From a virus: 64,000 nt of DNA. Positions 10,469-19,575 of the stretch are shown piece by piece; position 1 is the stretch's first letter; each line of letters starts with the position of its first letter. The notes below the pieces were generated by a model. That model worked only from the letters and a program-made list of their open reading frames with translations, did not search any database and had not been told where the DNA came from. The translations under genes and the position numbers were made by a program. The stretch lies in the IMG/VR virus record IMGVR_UViG_3300006750_000002, positions 32,001 to 96,000 of that record; one strand, 5' to 3'.

Positions 10469-10984
10469 ATGAGTAAAAAGAGAGTACCAATAACTAGAGT
10501 AAATAAATTTTTCGGTGACGAAGATTTTAGACTACAAGAGTCTATGGGTATGGAATATCTACACGGAAACCTAAATTTTACTTTAGTATTATATAGTGTC
10601 GATAGGAGTAAGAGTGTTACCGACGATGTGTATGGTGAAGCCGCACAAGAAGAAATAAGGTTTTTTCCACCCGTCGAATTTAAAGCTCTAGTGAATATTT
10701 CTGGACCTACTAACGATAGTTACGCGAATGGTTTAATGAGATATTTAGAAAGTGGTAATTTAACTATTAGTGTATATAAGAAAGAATTAGACCAACTAGA
10801 TATAGATATAAAGTATGGTGATTACATTGGATATCCCGAAACCGAAGATTTTACTAGATATTTCACAGTTTCCAATGACGGTAGGGTAGCTGGTGATAAT
10901 GCACATACTATATTGGGGTACAAATCTTTTTATAGAACGATAACCTGTGTTCCAACCAGTGATAACGAGTTTAAAGGAATTTAA
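10469..10984 (+). CDS. head-closure/neck protein (T4 gp14-like)
   Basis: 'DDVYGE...F.PPVEFKAL' pattern, 171 aa, located between the neck and tail terminator genes. Confidence 0.55.
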   Translation: MSKKRVPITRVNKFFGDEDFRLQESMGMEYLHGNLNFTLVLYSVDRSKSVTDDVYGEAAQEEIRFFPPVEFKALVNISGPTNDSYANGLMRYLESGNLTISVYKKELDQLDIDIKYGDYIGYPETEDFTRYFTVSNDGRVAGDNAHTILGYKSFYRTITCVPTSDNEFKGI

Positions 10985-10986
10985 TT

Positions 10987-12075
10987 ATGGGTAGGATTAA
11001 TAAAAAAATAAAAAAAACGTTAAATATGTATCCTGTGGTGGGAAACCAACCACAGTACCCTTCTGGGTATGACGGATTATCAACCCCAAAAAGAAGAAAA
11101 CAACTAGCAGAGTTTATTAGTGAGGACGGCACTTTCTTACCTAAAAGTGTGTTGCATGCAGATTTAGATAGGGGGATGTTAGATTTTGTCAATGACCGTT
11201 TAAAAATATCAGTAGATGGAAAACCCATATCAATAGTAGACCAAATACTAACAATCCAAAGATGGGCAGAGTTTTCTAATACTTGGTCTTTTGCGGATAA
11301 AGATTTGAATCCTGAAATTCCTTTTTTAGTTACAGTTAGAAATCCAGCGGTACAATATGGGACTAACCCATCCTTAACGTATACCATCCCAGATAGGAGA
11401 ACTTTCCATTACGCTAAGGTACCAACTTGGGATGGCCAAAGAAAAGGAATGGATTTATATAAAATACCACAACCAGTACCCGTAGATATAACATACGACT
11501 TAAAGATAGTATGTAATAGAATGAGGGAACTCAACCAATTTAATAAGGTAATGATGCAAACTTTCACCTCTAGACAAGCCTATACCTTCGTGAAAGGACA
11601 CTACATCCCAATTATAATGGAAACTTTAAGTGACGAAAGTCAAATATCTGACAATGAAAAAAGAAAATTTTATACACAAAATTATCAACTGCAACTGCAG
11701 GGATTTTTAATTGATGAAGAGGAGTTTGAGATTACACCCGCGATTACTAGAAAGTTGTTAGTGTTTGAGACTGAGACAAAAACCAAAAAGAGGAGATTAG
11801 AACCGACCAAAGAAAATCCTAGAGGCATATTTACACAAACGTTTACACTAAACGTGGCTGTGGTGGAGTTATCAGTACCGTTTGAGTACGATGCAAATGT
11901 TCAGGTATTAGACACTACCAATAATGATACGTATACTGTGCATTTAGATGGTGAGTTGGTCAGTGATGAATTTACTACTTATTATGTTTCTAGGGGCCAG
12001 ACACTACTCTTTAAAATGACACCCACGGATGCTTTGCAAGAACAAACAGTCACTCTAGAGACAAAGTTTATCTAG
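10987..12075 (+). CDS. tail terminator / sheath stabiliser (T4 gp15-like)
   Basis: 'PQPVPVDITYDLKIVCNRMRELNQ' resembles the gp15 P.P.....L.I pattern; sits just before the sheath gene. Confidence 0.6.
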   Translation: MGRINKKIKKTLNMYPVVGNQPQYPSGYDGLSTPKRRKQLAEFISEDGTFLPKSVLHADLDRGMLDFVNDRLKISVDGKPISIVDQILTIQRWAEFSNTWSFADKDLNPEIPFLVTVRNPAVQYGTNPSLTYTIPDRRTFHYAKVPTWDGQRKGMDLYKIPQPVPVDITYDLKIVCNRMRELNQFNKVMMQTFTSRQAYTFVKGHYIPIIMETLSDESQISDNEKRKFYTQNYQLQLQGFLIDEEEFEITPAITRKLLVFETETKTKKRRLEPTKENPRGIFTQTFTLNVAVVELSVPFEYDANVQVLDTTNNDTYTVHLDGELVSDEFTTYYVSRGQTLLFKMTPTDALQEQTVTLETKFI

Positions 12076-12095
12076 GAATTACCCAAATATACCCA

Positions 12096-12698
12096 TTAAT
12101 CTTCTAGTCTTTCTCCAGTTTCTTTTATTTTAAATTGGGATAGGTTGTTGGTTCCACTACTTCCACGTTTCTTCTTAACGTGGAACACAATACCGTTATT
12201 ATAAAGTTTATTAGGTGTATTAAACATGTCCCCATTAAAATGTAACCTACCATTCTTATCTAATAATACGTCATATTCCATACCCAGATATTTTCGGACC
12301 AGGTTAAGTGGAGCACCGTGCTTTTCAACAACTTCCAATAATCTAGTGTCTTCCTTTAATAAATAACTTTCTTCTTTAATCTCTTCAATATTGTAGATTT
12401 CCCCACCGTAAGCGTTCATAAAATTAATGAAATCACCCTCTAAAGTGTCGTCGTCATCTCTAAACCACTCACCAAAAACCCTACGACTATCCAGTATACT
12501 GTGTAACATTTTTTCTACTTTTCTCATATTATCCACCTTATAAACCGCAACAATTCTATATCTAATGGGTGACTTGGTGTTAGTCAGGGATTGTTCACGT
12601 ACTAATGGGTCTACGGATAACCCAATCTTTTTATCAGAGATATCGATTTCTCTACTTAATACGTCATAATGTTCTCCTAAATAAATGTATCCTTCCAT
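12096..12698 (-). CDS. T5orf172/GIY-YIG-superfamily nuclease with a possible RAMA-like C-terminal domain
   Basis: 'GYIYL...KKIGLS...REQSL...EKMLHSILDSRRVFGEWF' is the T5orf172 signature. The C-terminal 'GRLHFNGDMFNTPN...GERL' resembles RAMA. Confidence 0.75.
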   Translation of the reverse strand: MEGYIYLGEHYDVLSREIDISDKKIGLSVDPLVREQSLTNTKSPIRYRIVAVYKVDNMRKVEKMLHSILDSRRVFGEWFRDDDDTLEGDFINFMNAYGGEIYNIEEIKEESYLLKEDTRLLEVVEKHGAPLNLVRKYLGMEYDVLLDKNGRLHFNGDMFNTPNKLYNNGIVFHVKKKRGSSGTNNLSQFKIKETGERLED

Positions 12699-12716
12699 GT
12701 TTAGTTTTTAATATTG

Positions 12717-12724
12717 CAAATATA
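12717..12724 (-). promoter_or_regulatory. Bacteroidota-type -7 promoter element TATATTTG
   Basis: CAAATATA on the plus strand, 18 nt upstream of the T5orf172 start. Confidence 0.6.
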
Positions 12725-12737
12725 AAAAAAGAATAAG

Positions 12738-12765
12738 AAAAAAATGTTAGATTAACAAATCTAAC
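12738..12765 (-). terminator. intrinsic terminator after the small RHH gene
   Basis: GTTAGATT-N4-AATCTAAC forms an 8-bp stem, followed on the minus strand by AT7. Confidence 0.55.
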
Positions 12766-12826
12766 GTCTGAGTTTTCTATTAAACCTCTTAAATACCATA
12801 CCGAACTATTTCCTATTAAATTTTAA

Positions 12827-12994
12827 TTAGTGGTCACCATAAATGTCTTTTTTAGGTGAACATTTATCCTTTATTAGTTTCTCCACAAACTGAAACATTT
12901 TTAAACCGTTTCTACCACAATATTCCTTTAATAGTTTGTGAACCCCACTATCTATTTTAATATTTTTTATCTTTTGTGTTGTAAGCATACCCAT
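12827..12994 (-). CDS. small ribbon-helix-helix-like DNA-binding protein (55 aa, below the ORF-track cutoff)
   Basis: Manual translation gives MGMLTTQKIKNIKIDSGVHKLLKEYCGRNGLKMFQFVEKLIKDKCSPKKDIYGDH*, a beta-strand (KNIKID) followed by two amphipathic helices. Confidence 0.7.
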   Translation of the reverse strand: MGMLTTQKIKNIKIDSGVHKLLKEYCGRNGLKMFQFVEKLIKDKCSPKKDIYGDH

Positions 12995-13075
12995 AAGTAT
13001 GAAAAAAGTATGTTTTTTTTCACACCAGAAGTCATAATAGTCAAAAAGATGGTCATCTTTTGGGATTAGAGATAA

Positions 13076-13082
13076 TATTTAT
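13076..13082 (+). promoter_or_regulatory. putative late promoter motif TATTTAT
   Basis: Upstream of the sheath ATG at 13121, followed by an A-rich leader. Confidence 0.6.
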
Positions 13083-13120
13083 TAATAAAATAAAAATAAA
13101 GTACAAAAAAAATAATTAAC

Positions 13121-16100
13121 ATGGCAGCAGACGGCAAAGTTTTTGTATCACCAGGGGTGTACACGTCAGAAAAAGATTTAAGTTTCGTAGCACAAAGTGT
13201 GGGTGTGACCACATTAGGATTAGCTGGAGAGACTATTCAGGGTCCAGCGTTTGAACCTATCTTCATAAGTTCATACGGAGAGTTCCAAACCTACTTTGGT
13301 AGTTTAAGCCCATCAAAGTTTACCGAAACACAAATTCCCAAATACGAATTATCATACATAGCAAAAGCATATTTACAACAATCTAACCAGTTATTCGTAA
13401 CTAGGGTATTGGGTTATTCAGGGTATGACGCGGGACCTTCATGGTCTATAACCACTGTCGCTAATCCTGATTGTGAAACAATTAGGACTCAGTGTACAGA
13501 TACCAGTGGTACCTTATATAGTGCTTCTACTTGTAACACTGGTACGGCATTTGAGTCGGCTACTGGTTCAACAGCTGTAGTTAATACTGGAGACATATCT
13601 CTTTATTTTACTGGTTCTACCTCCGTTTGGACAGATTCTACAACTACCACTAAGCCAGTTACGGCATTACCTTGGCCTATTTCAGGAAATATAAATAATC
13701 CCATAACTAAGACAGATGGTAGTACTACAACAATCTCTGATGAGTTAGATAGTTTGTTATCGACTTACTACAATAGTTTAACTCATGATACTAGTGCGGG
13801 ATGTGCTACAGGAAGTACACCATGTTACCTACCTATGACGGGAGGAACAAGCCAAGAAAAGTCTTTCGGTTGTAATTATAATGGAGATGCCCATTCTGGC
13901 AATACATTATATGAAGGAACTTTCTTAGAGAACGCTACCGACCCATTATCTTCTGGACATACCTATCAAAGTATGTTTAGTGGTATAACGGAAACTTCCG
14001 TACTTGGAAGCTCTTGTAACCCTAAACCTTCAGTATTTTGTAATGATATTAATGACCCTTGGTTATATGGGTTCTTTGACCCTATACCTGGAACAGATAG
14101 TTACAGTGGATTCTCTTTAAGTTTTGGAGTCAACACTAATGAGGTATTTGATATTAGTACTTCGGCATCTACTACCTTATACTCTGGAGGTTCAGCCCTT
14201 AGATATTCTTACACCTTATATACAGGTGAAACTTTCTGTAACTACGATGACCTAGTTGTTGCTACATTCCGTTCAAGAGGTGTTAGTACCAATAATTCAG
14301 GTGGTCCAGTATATCAAGTTACTGGAGGTACTGACGTTAATATGGTGTGTACGGGAAGTACCTTCTCAGAAGTGGGTACAGACCCATTCGCAACTTTCGG
14401 CATGGATGTTACAGATGTGGATGGTGATTCATTTAGATTTGAGACTTCTATGTCACCATCATCATCAGACTACGTTAAAAGAGTATTCGGTGTAGCTCCT
14501 TTTGATAAGGATATGGAACAAGTACCAATCTTCGTAGAGGAAGCCTACCCTAACATGTTGACTTACGCTTATAAGAAGGGATACATTAGAGGACTAAATT
14601 GTAATTTATTAGACCTACCATCTTATAGAGATTCTAATAATACAGGAACTATAGGTTTTTACCAAGAACAATGGCAAACCCCAGTAACTCCGTATGTTGT
14701 TTCTGAGTTAAGAGGTACTAAAGTATACAAACTATTTAGATTCATCTCAATATGTGACGGTAATGCCGCTAACACACAAGTTAAAATCTCAATCGTTAAC
14801 ATCTCTTTTGAAAGAAATGAGTTCGACCTTTTGGTTAGAAGTTTCTACGATACGGACGCTTCTCCTGTGGTATTAGAAAGATACACAAGGTGTAGTATGA
14901 ACCCTAATCTTAACTCTTTTGTGGGTGTTAAAGTTGGTACCGCGAACGGTGAGTATGAACTTAGAAGTAGATACATTATGGTAGATATTGACCCAGAACA
15001 GGAAACCGACACTAATCGTCATGATGCTGTTCCTTGTGGTTTTGAAGGGTACTCCACTAGAAATTATTTAGGGGAACAAAGTCCTACAATATATTATAAG
15101 ACAAAATACAATAAACCAGGTGACATTATATGGAACCCTCCTTTCGCTATTAGTTCTACTGTGGACAATTCTGTGATAAGTGCTGGGGATAAAATTAGAA
15201 GGGTTTATTTAGGCATTTCAGATACTGCAGCGTCAGCATACGATGACGATTTCTTCCAATACAAAGGAAAACAAGCACCAATAGATAAATGTACTGATTT
15301 AGACGGTACTGATTGGAACTGTTTAACCACAGGATTCCACATGGATAAGGGAGCTACTTGTGTTGACACTCTTGGTGAGTTGTGTGTAACCACACTTTGT
15401 AAAAATTGTGGTACTGGTACAACTACCGAAGACCAGTTTTCGGTAGGAGCGGCCACTTTCAGAAGTGAACCAACAGACTCCCAAGACCCATATTACACAT
15501 TACAGTCTAGAAAATTCACATTAGCACCTTATGGTGGATTTGATGGGTGGGACATTTATAGAAAGTCCAGAAGTAACGGAGATAATTACGTAAGGGGTAA
15601 ATCAGGGTTCCTAAACGGAGCATGTAGTTCAACTACGTTCCCTAACGCGTCTGGTGATGGTTCATTTAAAATGTTGTCTCAGACTCCTTGGGGAGAATCA
15701 GGGTTCTTTGCGACTACTGACTATTACGCTTACTACTTCGGTATGAGAACATTTAGAAACCCAGAAGCAGTCAACATCAACGTTTTAGCGACGCCAGGCA
15801 TAGACTATGTAAACAATAGTAACCTTGTAGAGGAAACGATTGACATGGTGGAAACTGAAAGAGCTGATTCATTATATATTACTACCACACCTGACTACAA
15901 TTTGTTTGTACCAGGAACGACAATAGCTTCAAACATAATCCAACCTACTGAAGCTGTGGATAACTTAGATTTAACGGGAATTGACTCTAACTATACAGCT
16001 ACTTACTACCCATGGGTACAGTACAACGACCAAGAAAACAATACTAGAGTATGGTTACCACCTACTTATGATGTAATGAGAAACATCGCTTTAACAGATA

Positions 16101-16606
16101 ACATCTCATTCCCTTGGTTCGCGTCCGCTGGTTACACTAGAGGTATTGTAAACGCGGTTAAAGCTAGAAAGAAACTTACTCTTGATGAAAGAGATACGTT
16201 ATACGCTGGTAGAATTAACCCAATTGCAACTTACTCAGATGTTGGTACCATTATCTGGGGTAACAAGACACTACAAAGTAGACAATCTGCTTTAGACAGA
16301 ATCAACGTTAGAAGATTGTTATTACAAGCTAGAAAATTAATTTCGGCAGTAGCGGTTAAATTGTTATTCGAACAAAATGACGAACAAGTGAGAAATGAGT
16401 TCTTGGACTTAGTTAATCCAATCCTAGACTCTATCAGAAGAGAAAGAGGTCTAACAGACTTTAGAGTTGTTCTTTCTGACGACCCTCAATTAATCGACCA
16501 AAATACTTTAGAGGGTAAGATTTATATAAAACCAACTAGGTCTCTAGAATTTATCGATATTGAATTCTTGATTACACCTACTGGAGCATCATTTGAAAAT
16601 GTATAA
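13121..16606 (+). CDS. contractile tail sheath protein (enlarged, 1161 aa)
   Basis: N-terminal 'VSPGVYTSEKDLS', and C-terminal 'WFASAGYTRG', 'INPI', 'IWGNKT', 'RINVRRLL' and 'IKPTRSLEFIDIEF'. Confidence 0.95.
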   Translation: MAADGKVFVSPGVYTSEKDLSFVAQSVGVTTLGLAGETIQGPAFEPIFISSYGEFQTYFGSLSPSKFTETQIPKYELSYIAKAYLQQSNQLFVTRVLGYSGYDAGPSWSITTVANPDCETIRTQCTDTSGTLYSASTCNTGTAFESATGSTAVVNTGDISLYFTGSTSVWTDSTTTTKPVTALPWPISGNINNPITKTDGSTTTISDELDSLLSTYYNSLTHDTSAGCATGSTPCYLPMTGGTSQEKSFGCNYNGDAHSGNTLYEGTFLENATDPLSSGHTYQSMFSGITETSVLGSSCNPKPSVFCNDINDPWLYGFFDPIPGTDSYSGFSLSFGVNTNEVFDISTSASTTLYSGGSALRYSYTLYTGETFCNYDDLVVATFRSRGVSTNNSGGPVYQVTGGTDVNMVCTGSTFSEVGTDPFATFGMDVTDVDGDSFRFETSMSPSSSDYVKRVFGVAPFDKDMEQVPIFVEEAYPNMLTYAYKKGYIRGLNCNLLDLPSYRDSNNTGTIGFYQEQWQTPVTPYVVSELRGTKVYKLFRFISICDGNAANTQVKISIVNISFERNEFDLLVRSFYDTDASPVVLERYTRCSMNPNLNSFVGVKVGTANGEYELRSRYIMVDIDPEQETDTNRHDAVPCGFEGYSTRNYLGEQSPTIYYKTKYNKPGDIIWNPPFAISSTVDNSVISAGDKIRRVYLGISDTAASAYDDDFFQYKGKQAPIDKCTDLDGTDWNCLTTGFHMDKGATCVDTLGELCVTTLCKNCGTGTTTEDQFSVGAATFRSEPTDSQDPYYTLQSRKFTLAPYGGFDGWDIYRKSRSNGDNYVRGKSGFLNGACSSTTFPNASGDGSFKMLSQTPWGESGFFATTDYYAYYFGMRTFRNPEAVNINVLATPGIDYVNNSNLVEETIDMVETERADSLYITTTPDYNLFVPGTTIASNIIQPTEAVDNLDLTGIDSNYTATYYPWVQYNDQENNTRVWLPPTYDVMRNIALTDNISFPWFASAGYTRGIVNAVKARKKLTLDERDTLYAGRINPIATYSDVGTIIWGNKTLQSRQSALDRINVRRLLLQARKLISAVAVKLLFEQNDEQVRNEFLDLVNPILDSIRRERGLTDFRVVLSDDPQLIDQNTLEGKIYIKPTRSLEFIDIEFLITPTGASFENV

Positions 16607-16630
16607 TAAGAAAAGTTAAAAAATTAAAAA

Positions 16631-17377
16631 ATGAAATTTAATTATAAAAAACAAAAGTTAGTGGAAAGTTTGGGGTATGACGTAAACTTTAAAAAAACCT
16701 ACGGTAGTAAGGCACAAAACGTTAGGGTCACACCAAACCAATTCCAAAGATTAATGGAGGCATATATGATATATGAAGAAACTCTAGAAATGAAAGGTTT
16801 AGATGCTGAGTTATCAGAATACGATAGTTCTTTTCAAACAGAATTAAGTGATGATATTCTAGACGAAATGAACTTTGGTGATGATGGTGGTTTAAATCTA
16901 CAAGCTGACGTAAATACTGATACGGAAAACTTCAATAACCCTATAGATTTGGACGAGGTTAACTATGAAGATGTGGACCACTCTGATAGAGATGAGTTTG
17001 ATGGGAGAAAATCTAGGGTTGTAGGTGTCGATTCTGACATACACAAACAACGTGAGATGAGTGAAGATTCTGAGGGTGAAGAGGCGTATAACTACGATGA
17101 AGATTTACACCACGACAGAATTGAATTGCGTAATTTGGATAATGAAAGAGACCGTTCTAGTGATTCGTCAAGAGATGGGATAGACCAACATATTGCCGCT
17201 CTTGTTAATTCAATGAAATATGACGAAAAAAGAGGTGTGGGTAAAGACGATAAATACCGTAGAGAACCAGGAGAACATTTTTTCCACTACGGTAATGGGT
17301 TAGCTGAATCTAAAACGCAAAAAACAAAACTTTTAAAACAAGCTAAGCGTGAATTAGCAAGGCGTTTGAAGAAATAG
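16631..17377 (+). CDS. acidic hypothetical protein, possibly head-internal or scaffold-like
   Basis: D/E-rich with basic termini and an N-terminal 'KKQKLVES'; co-transcribed after the sheath gene. Confidence 0.4.
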   Translation: MKFNYKKQKLVESLGYDVNFKKTYGSKAQNVRVTPNQFQRLMEAYMIYEETLEMKGLDAELSEYDSSFQTELSDDILDEMNFGDDGGLNLQADVNTDTENFNNPIDLDEVNYEDVDHSDRDEFDGRKSRVVGVDSDIHKQREMSEDSEGEEAYNYDEDLHHDRIELRNLDNERDRSSDSSRDGIDQHIAALVNSMKYDEKRGVGKDDKYRREPGEHFFHYGNGLAESKTQKTKLLKQAKRELARRLKK

Positions 17378-17396
17378 ATTTCCTATATGATATGAC

Positions 17397-17430
17397 AATA
17401 AAAAAAGGTCCTGATGGACCTTTTTTTATT
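17397..17430. terminator. bidirectional intrinsic terminator
   Basis: Perfect 15-bp inverted repeat AATAAAAAAAGGTCC-TGAT-GGACCTTTTTTTATT between convergent genes. Confidence 0.9.
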
Positions 17431-17438
17431 GGGTATTA

Positions 17439-18218
17439 CTACAAACGTATGTTTCTTCCAACGTATGTTTTCCAAGCTTCACTCTTATCATATTTTTGGT
17501 TGATTTTTTCAACAACTTGTGAAGGCAATTCTTCTTTGTCCAAAAAGTCTTTAGTTATTTTACATTTAACAGATGTAATTTCTTCATTCACCAAAGAAAC
17601 TTTAGCTTTTAACTCATCGATTTGTTTTTGCAATTCTTCCTTTTCTTCCTGTACTTTAACGAACTCCACATTATTACTGAATTCCTCAGTCCAAGCTTCC
17701 TCATAGGTGTTAGAGGTAAATAAGGATACGTGATTTGTAGTGTAGTCACGGTTAATAACGTCTACCGAATTTAATAAGTTGGCATTTAGGTCTGTCATGA
17801 GTTGAGAAATCATGTTAGTGGTTAACTCAGGAATACTATCTAGGAACTCTTGATATACCCTCTCGTACTTCTCCATCTTATTTTTTCTCGTACGAATTCC
17901 AGTGAATTTAAATTCAAATCTTTTTGATTGATTTACGTGGTAGGTATTCTCCCCACCAGGACAGTCATTCGTATACTTACAAATTTTAATAAGGTCTGGA
18001 TTGGCAGACTTTAAAATATCTACAGTTTCTGATTTAAGTGTTACATATACTGTTAAGTGGTTAGAACGGTCCAGAACATATTCAGAGTCTACAACTTTTT
18101 CACAGTTGTTTGGTGATACGTAAGTTTTAACCACAACGTCATTTTCGGTAATACCCTCTACTACGTTTAAAAACTTGTTTCCGTTCTCAAATAAACTTTC
18201 TATTTTCTCTATTTTCAT
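17439..18218 (-). CDS. hypothetical protein with a C-terminal coiled coil (early-promoter driven)
   Basis: The ORF track begins at GTG 18248, which overlaps the promoter. ATG 18218 (MKIEK) follows an A-rich leader. Confidence 0.6.
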   Translation of the reverse strand: MKIEKIESLFENGNKFLNVVEGITENDVVVKTYVSPNNCEKVVDSEYVLDRSNHLTVYVTLKSETVDILKSANPDLIKICKYTNDCPGGENTYHVNQSKRFEFKFTGIRTRKNKMEKYERVYQEFLDSIPELTTNMISQLMTDLNANLLNSVDVINRDYTTNHVSLFTSNTYEEAWTEEFSNNVEFVKVQEEKEELQKQIDELKAKVSLVNEEITSVKCKITKDFLDKEELPSQVVEKINQKYDKSEAWKTYVGRNIRL

Positions 18219-18245
18219 GTCTTTCCTTTGTCGTTTTGTTATGCA

Positions 18246-18277
18246 CAAATATAAGGGATTTATGTCTAACTACCAAA
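18246..18277 (-). promoter_or_regulatory. canonical Bacteroidota sigma-A promoter TTTG-N20-TATATTTG
   Basis: On the minus strand: TTTG (18277-18274), a 20-nt spacer, then TATATTTG (18253-18246). Confidence 0.8.
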
Positions 18278-18319
18278 TTAAACGTAAAGAATTATCTTTA
18301 TTTAATGATTTTTTTTTAT

Positions 18320-18327
18320 TATATTTG
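18320..18327 (+). promoter_or_regulatory. Bacteroidota-type -7 element TATATTTG
   Basis: Lies 23 nt upstream of the ATG at 18351 and is divergent from the 18246 promoter. Confidence 0.65.
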
Positions 18328-18350
18328 TGCTAAACAGTAAAAGACAATAA

Positions 18351-18794
18351 ATGAAATTAGCACTATTTGATTTTGATAACACACTATTCGAAACACCATA
18401 TAATGAAGACCCAAATTATATGGATAGGCCGCAAAGCCTTTCCACACGTAAATGGAAATTTAAACCAATTCTAGAAACAATTAACGCATATGAGATAAAT
18501 TCAACATGTGACAATACCAAACTTATACTACTCACTAACAGGATTAGTGATGTTTATTTAGAACTTAAATCTATATTAGAGTCCCACGGGTTGAGATTTG
18601 ACGAATATATGACCATTGTCGGGGTTGATGGGGACAGGTCCAAGGGTAACAGATTAAAATCCTTAATTGAAAAGTATGGTGTTGTTACTGAGGTAGAGTA
18701 TTGGGAAGATAAGGATAAACATATCGTTGACGTTATGTCTATTATGGAGTCCTACCCTAACATTGCCCTTAAGATAAATAAAGTAACTATTTAA
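18351..18794 (+). CDS. HAD-superfamily phosphatase (Swiss-Army-Knife/PNKP-like)
   Basis: Motif I FDFDNT, motif II LLTNR, motif III K and motif IV WEDK. Confidence 0.8.
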   Translation: MKLALFDFDNTLFETPYNEDPNYMDRPQSLSTRKWKFKPILETINAYEINSTCDNTKLILLTNRISDVYLELKSILESHGLRFDEYMTIVGVDGDRSKGNRLKSLIEKYGVVTEVEYWEDKDKHIVDVMSIMESYPNIALKINKVTI

Positions 18795-19440
18795 TTCTAT
18801 TTATACTACCACTAGCTCTTTCACCAACACCCAAGTCGTGTGTATTATCTACAATCCAATAATTGTCTACCATAGGTATTAGGTCTTTAACTACCCGCCT
18901 AACTTTATCATGGTAATCTATAACCATATCTCTAGGTAAACTACGGTCACGCTCTTGATTTCTATTTAAAGCTTTATCTAGTTCTGTCACTACGTGGACA
19001 ATAGTCACATTATACCCATTTTCTTTAGCTAGATTAATTACATCGTTCATGACCCCTCTTTGTCCACCACCCGCATCGTAAACTATGTTAGGCATGTGCC
19101 CTCTTTCTACTCCTATAAAATTCTTCAAAAACTTAATGGTTAAATTTCTAGGGTCTGATGTGGTGTGAGACATATCTAGTATTTTAGCGTACCCTTCTTC
19201 TGTTGAAATGTTTTCTTTCCACTGGTCCCCCCATAAATTTTTAGCTAACGAAACTCTATAGTTATCTACATTAAATTGTTTATAGTCGGGCAGGTCTATA
19301 AAATTCTGGGTAACATAACTTTTGCCAGCTCCAGGACCACCAGCTATAATTACAAAATTACCCTTAGGGTTGTCAAAACCTACCATCTTTGACTCAACCA
19401 ACATCAACTTTTTAATTTTATTAATCTCTTTAAGTAACAT
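18787..19440 (-). CDS. P-loop kinase (zeta-toxin/AAA_33/PNK-like)
   Basis: Walker A GGPGAGKS, 'IVYDAGG' and lid 'ALNRNQERDR'. Confidence 0.8.
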   Translation of the reverse strand: MLLKEINKIKKLMLVESKMVGFDNPKGNFVIIAGGPGAGKSYVTQNFIDLPDYKQFNVDNYRVSLAKNLWGDQWKENISTEEGYAKILDMSHTTSDPRNLTIKFLKNFIGVERGHMPNIVYDAGGGQRGVMNDVINLAKENGYNVTIVHVVTELDKALNRNQERDRSLPRDMVIDYHDKVRRVVKDLIPMVDNYWIVDNTHDLGVGERASGSINRIK

Positions 19441-19448
19441 ATCTACAT

Positions 19449-19462
19449 ATAAATATATTTAT
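19449..19462. promoter_or_regulatory. back-to-back late promoter motifs (palindrome ATAAATATATTTAT)
   Basis: A perfect 14-bp palindrome, equal to TATTTAT on each strand, between the divergent kinase and HAD genes. Confidence 0.55.
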
Positions 19463-19538
19463 TAATAAGAATATTATAAAAAATATAATTACAAAATCGT
19501 GCCTACCTAAGGATTAAAACTTTTAACGGTACTTATAT

Positions 19539-19551
19539 GATATATGGAATG
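19539..19551 (+). repeat. 13-nt direct repeat GATATATGGAATG, copy 1
   Basis: An identical copy lies at 20292-20304; the pair flanks the 19576 HAD gene. Confidence 0.8.
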
Positions 19552-19575
19552 TCCTATGGGTAAAATTTTAAATAA

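Noticed and set aside
12096-12698. Calling the T5orf172 gene a mobile homing element
   Set aside because: No intron context, target duplication or terminal repeats are visible; it is kept as a CDS, although homing is not excluded.
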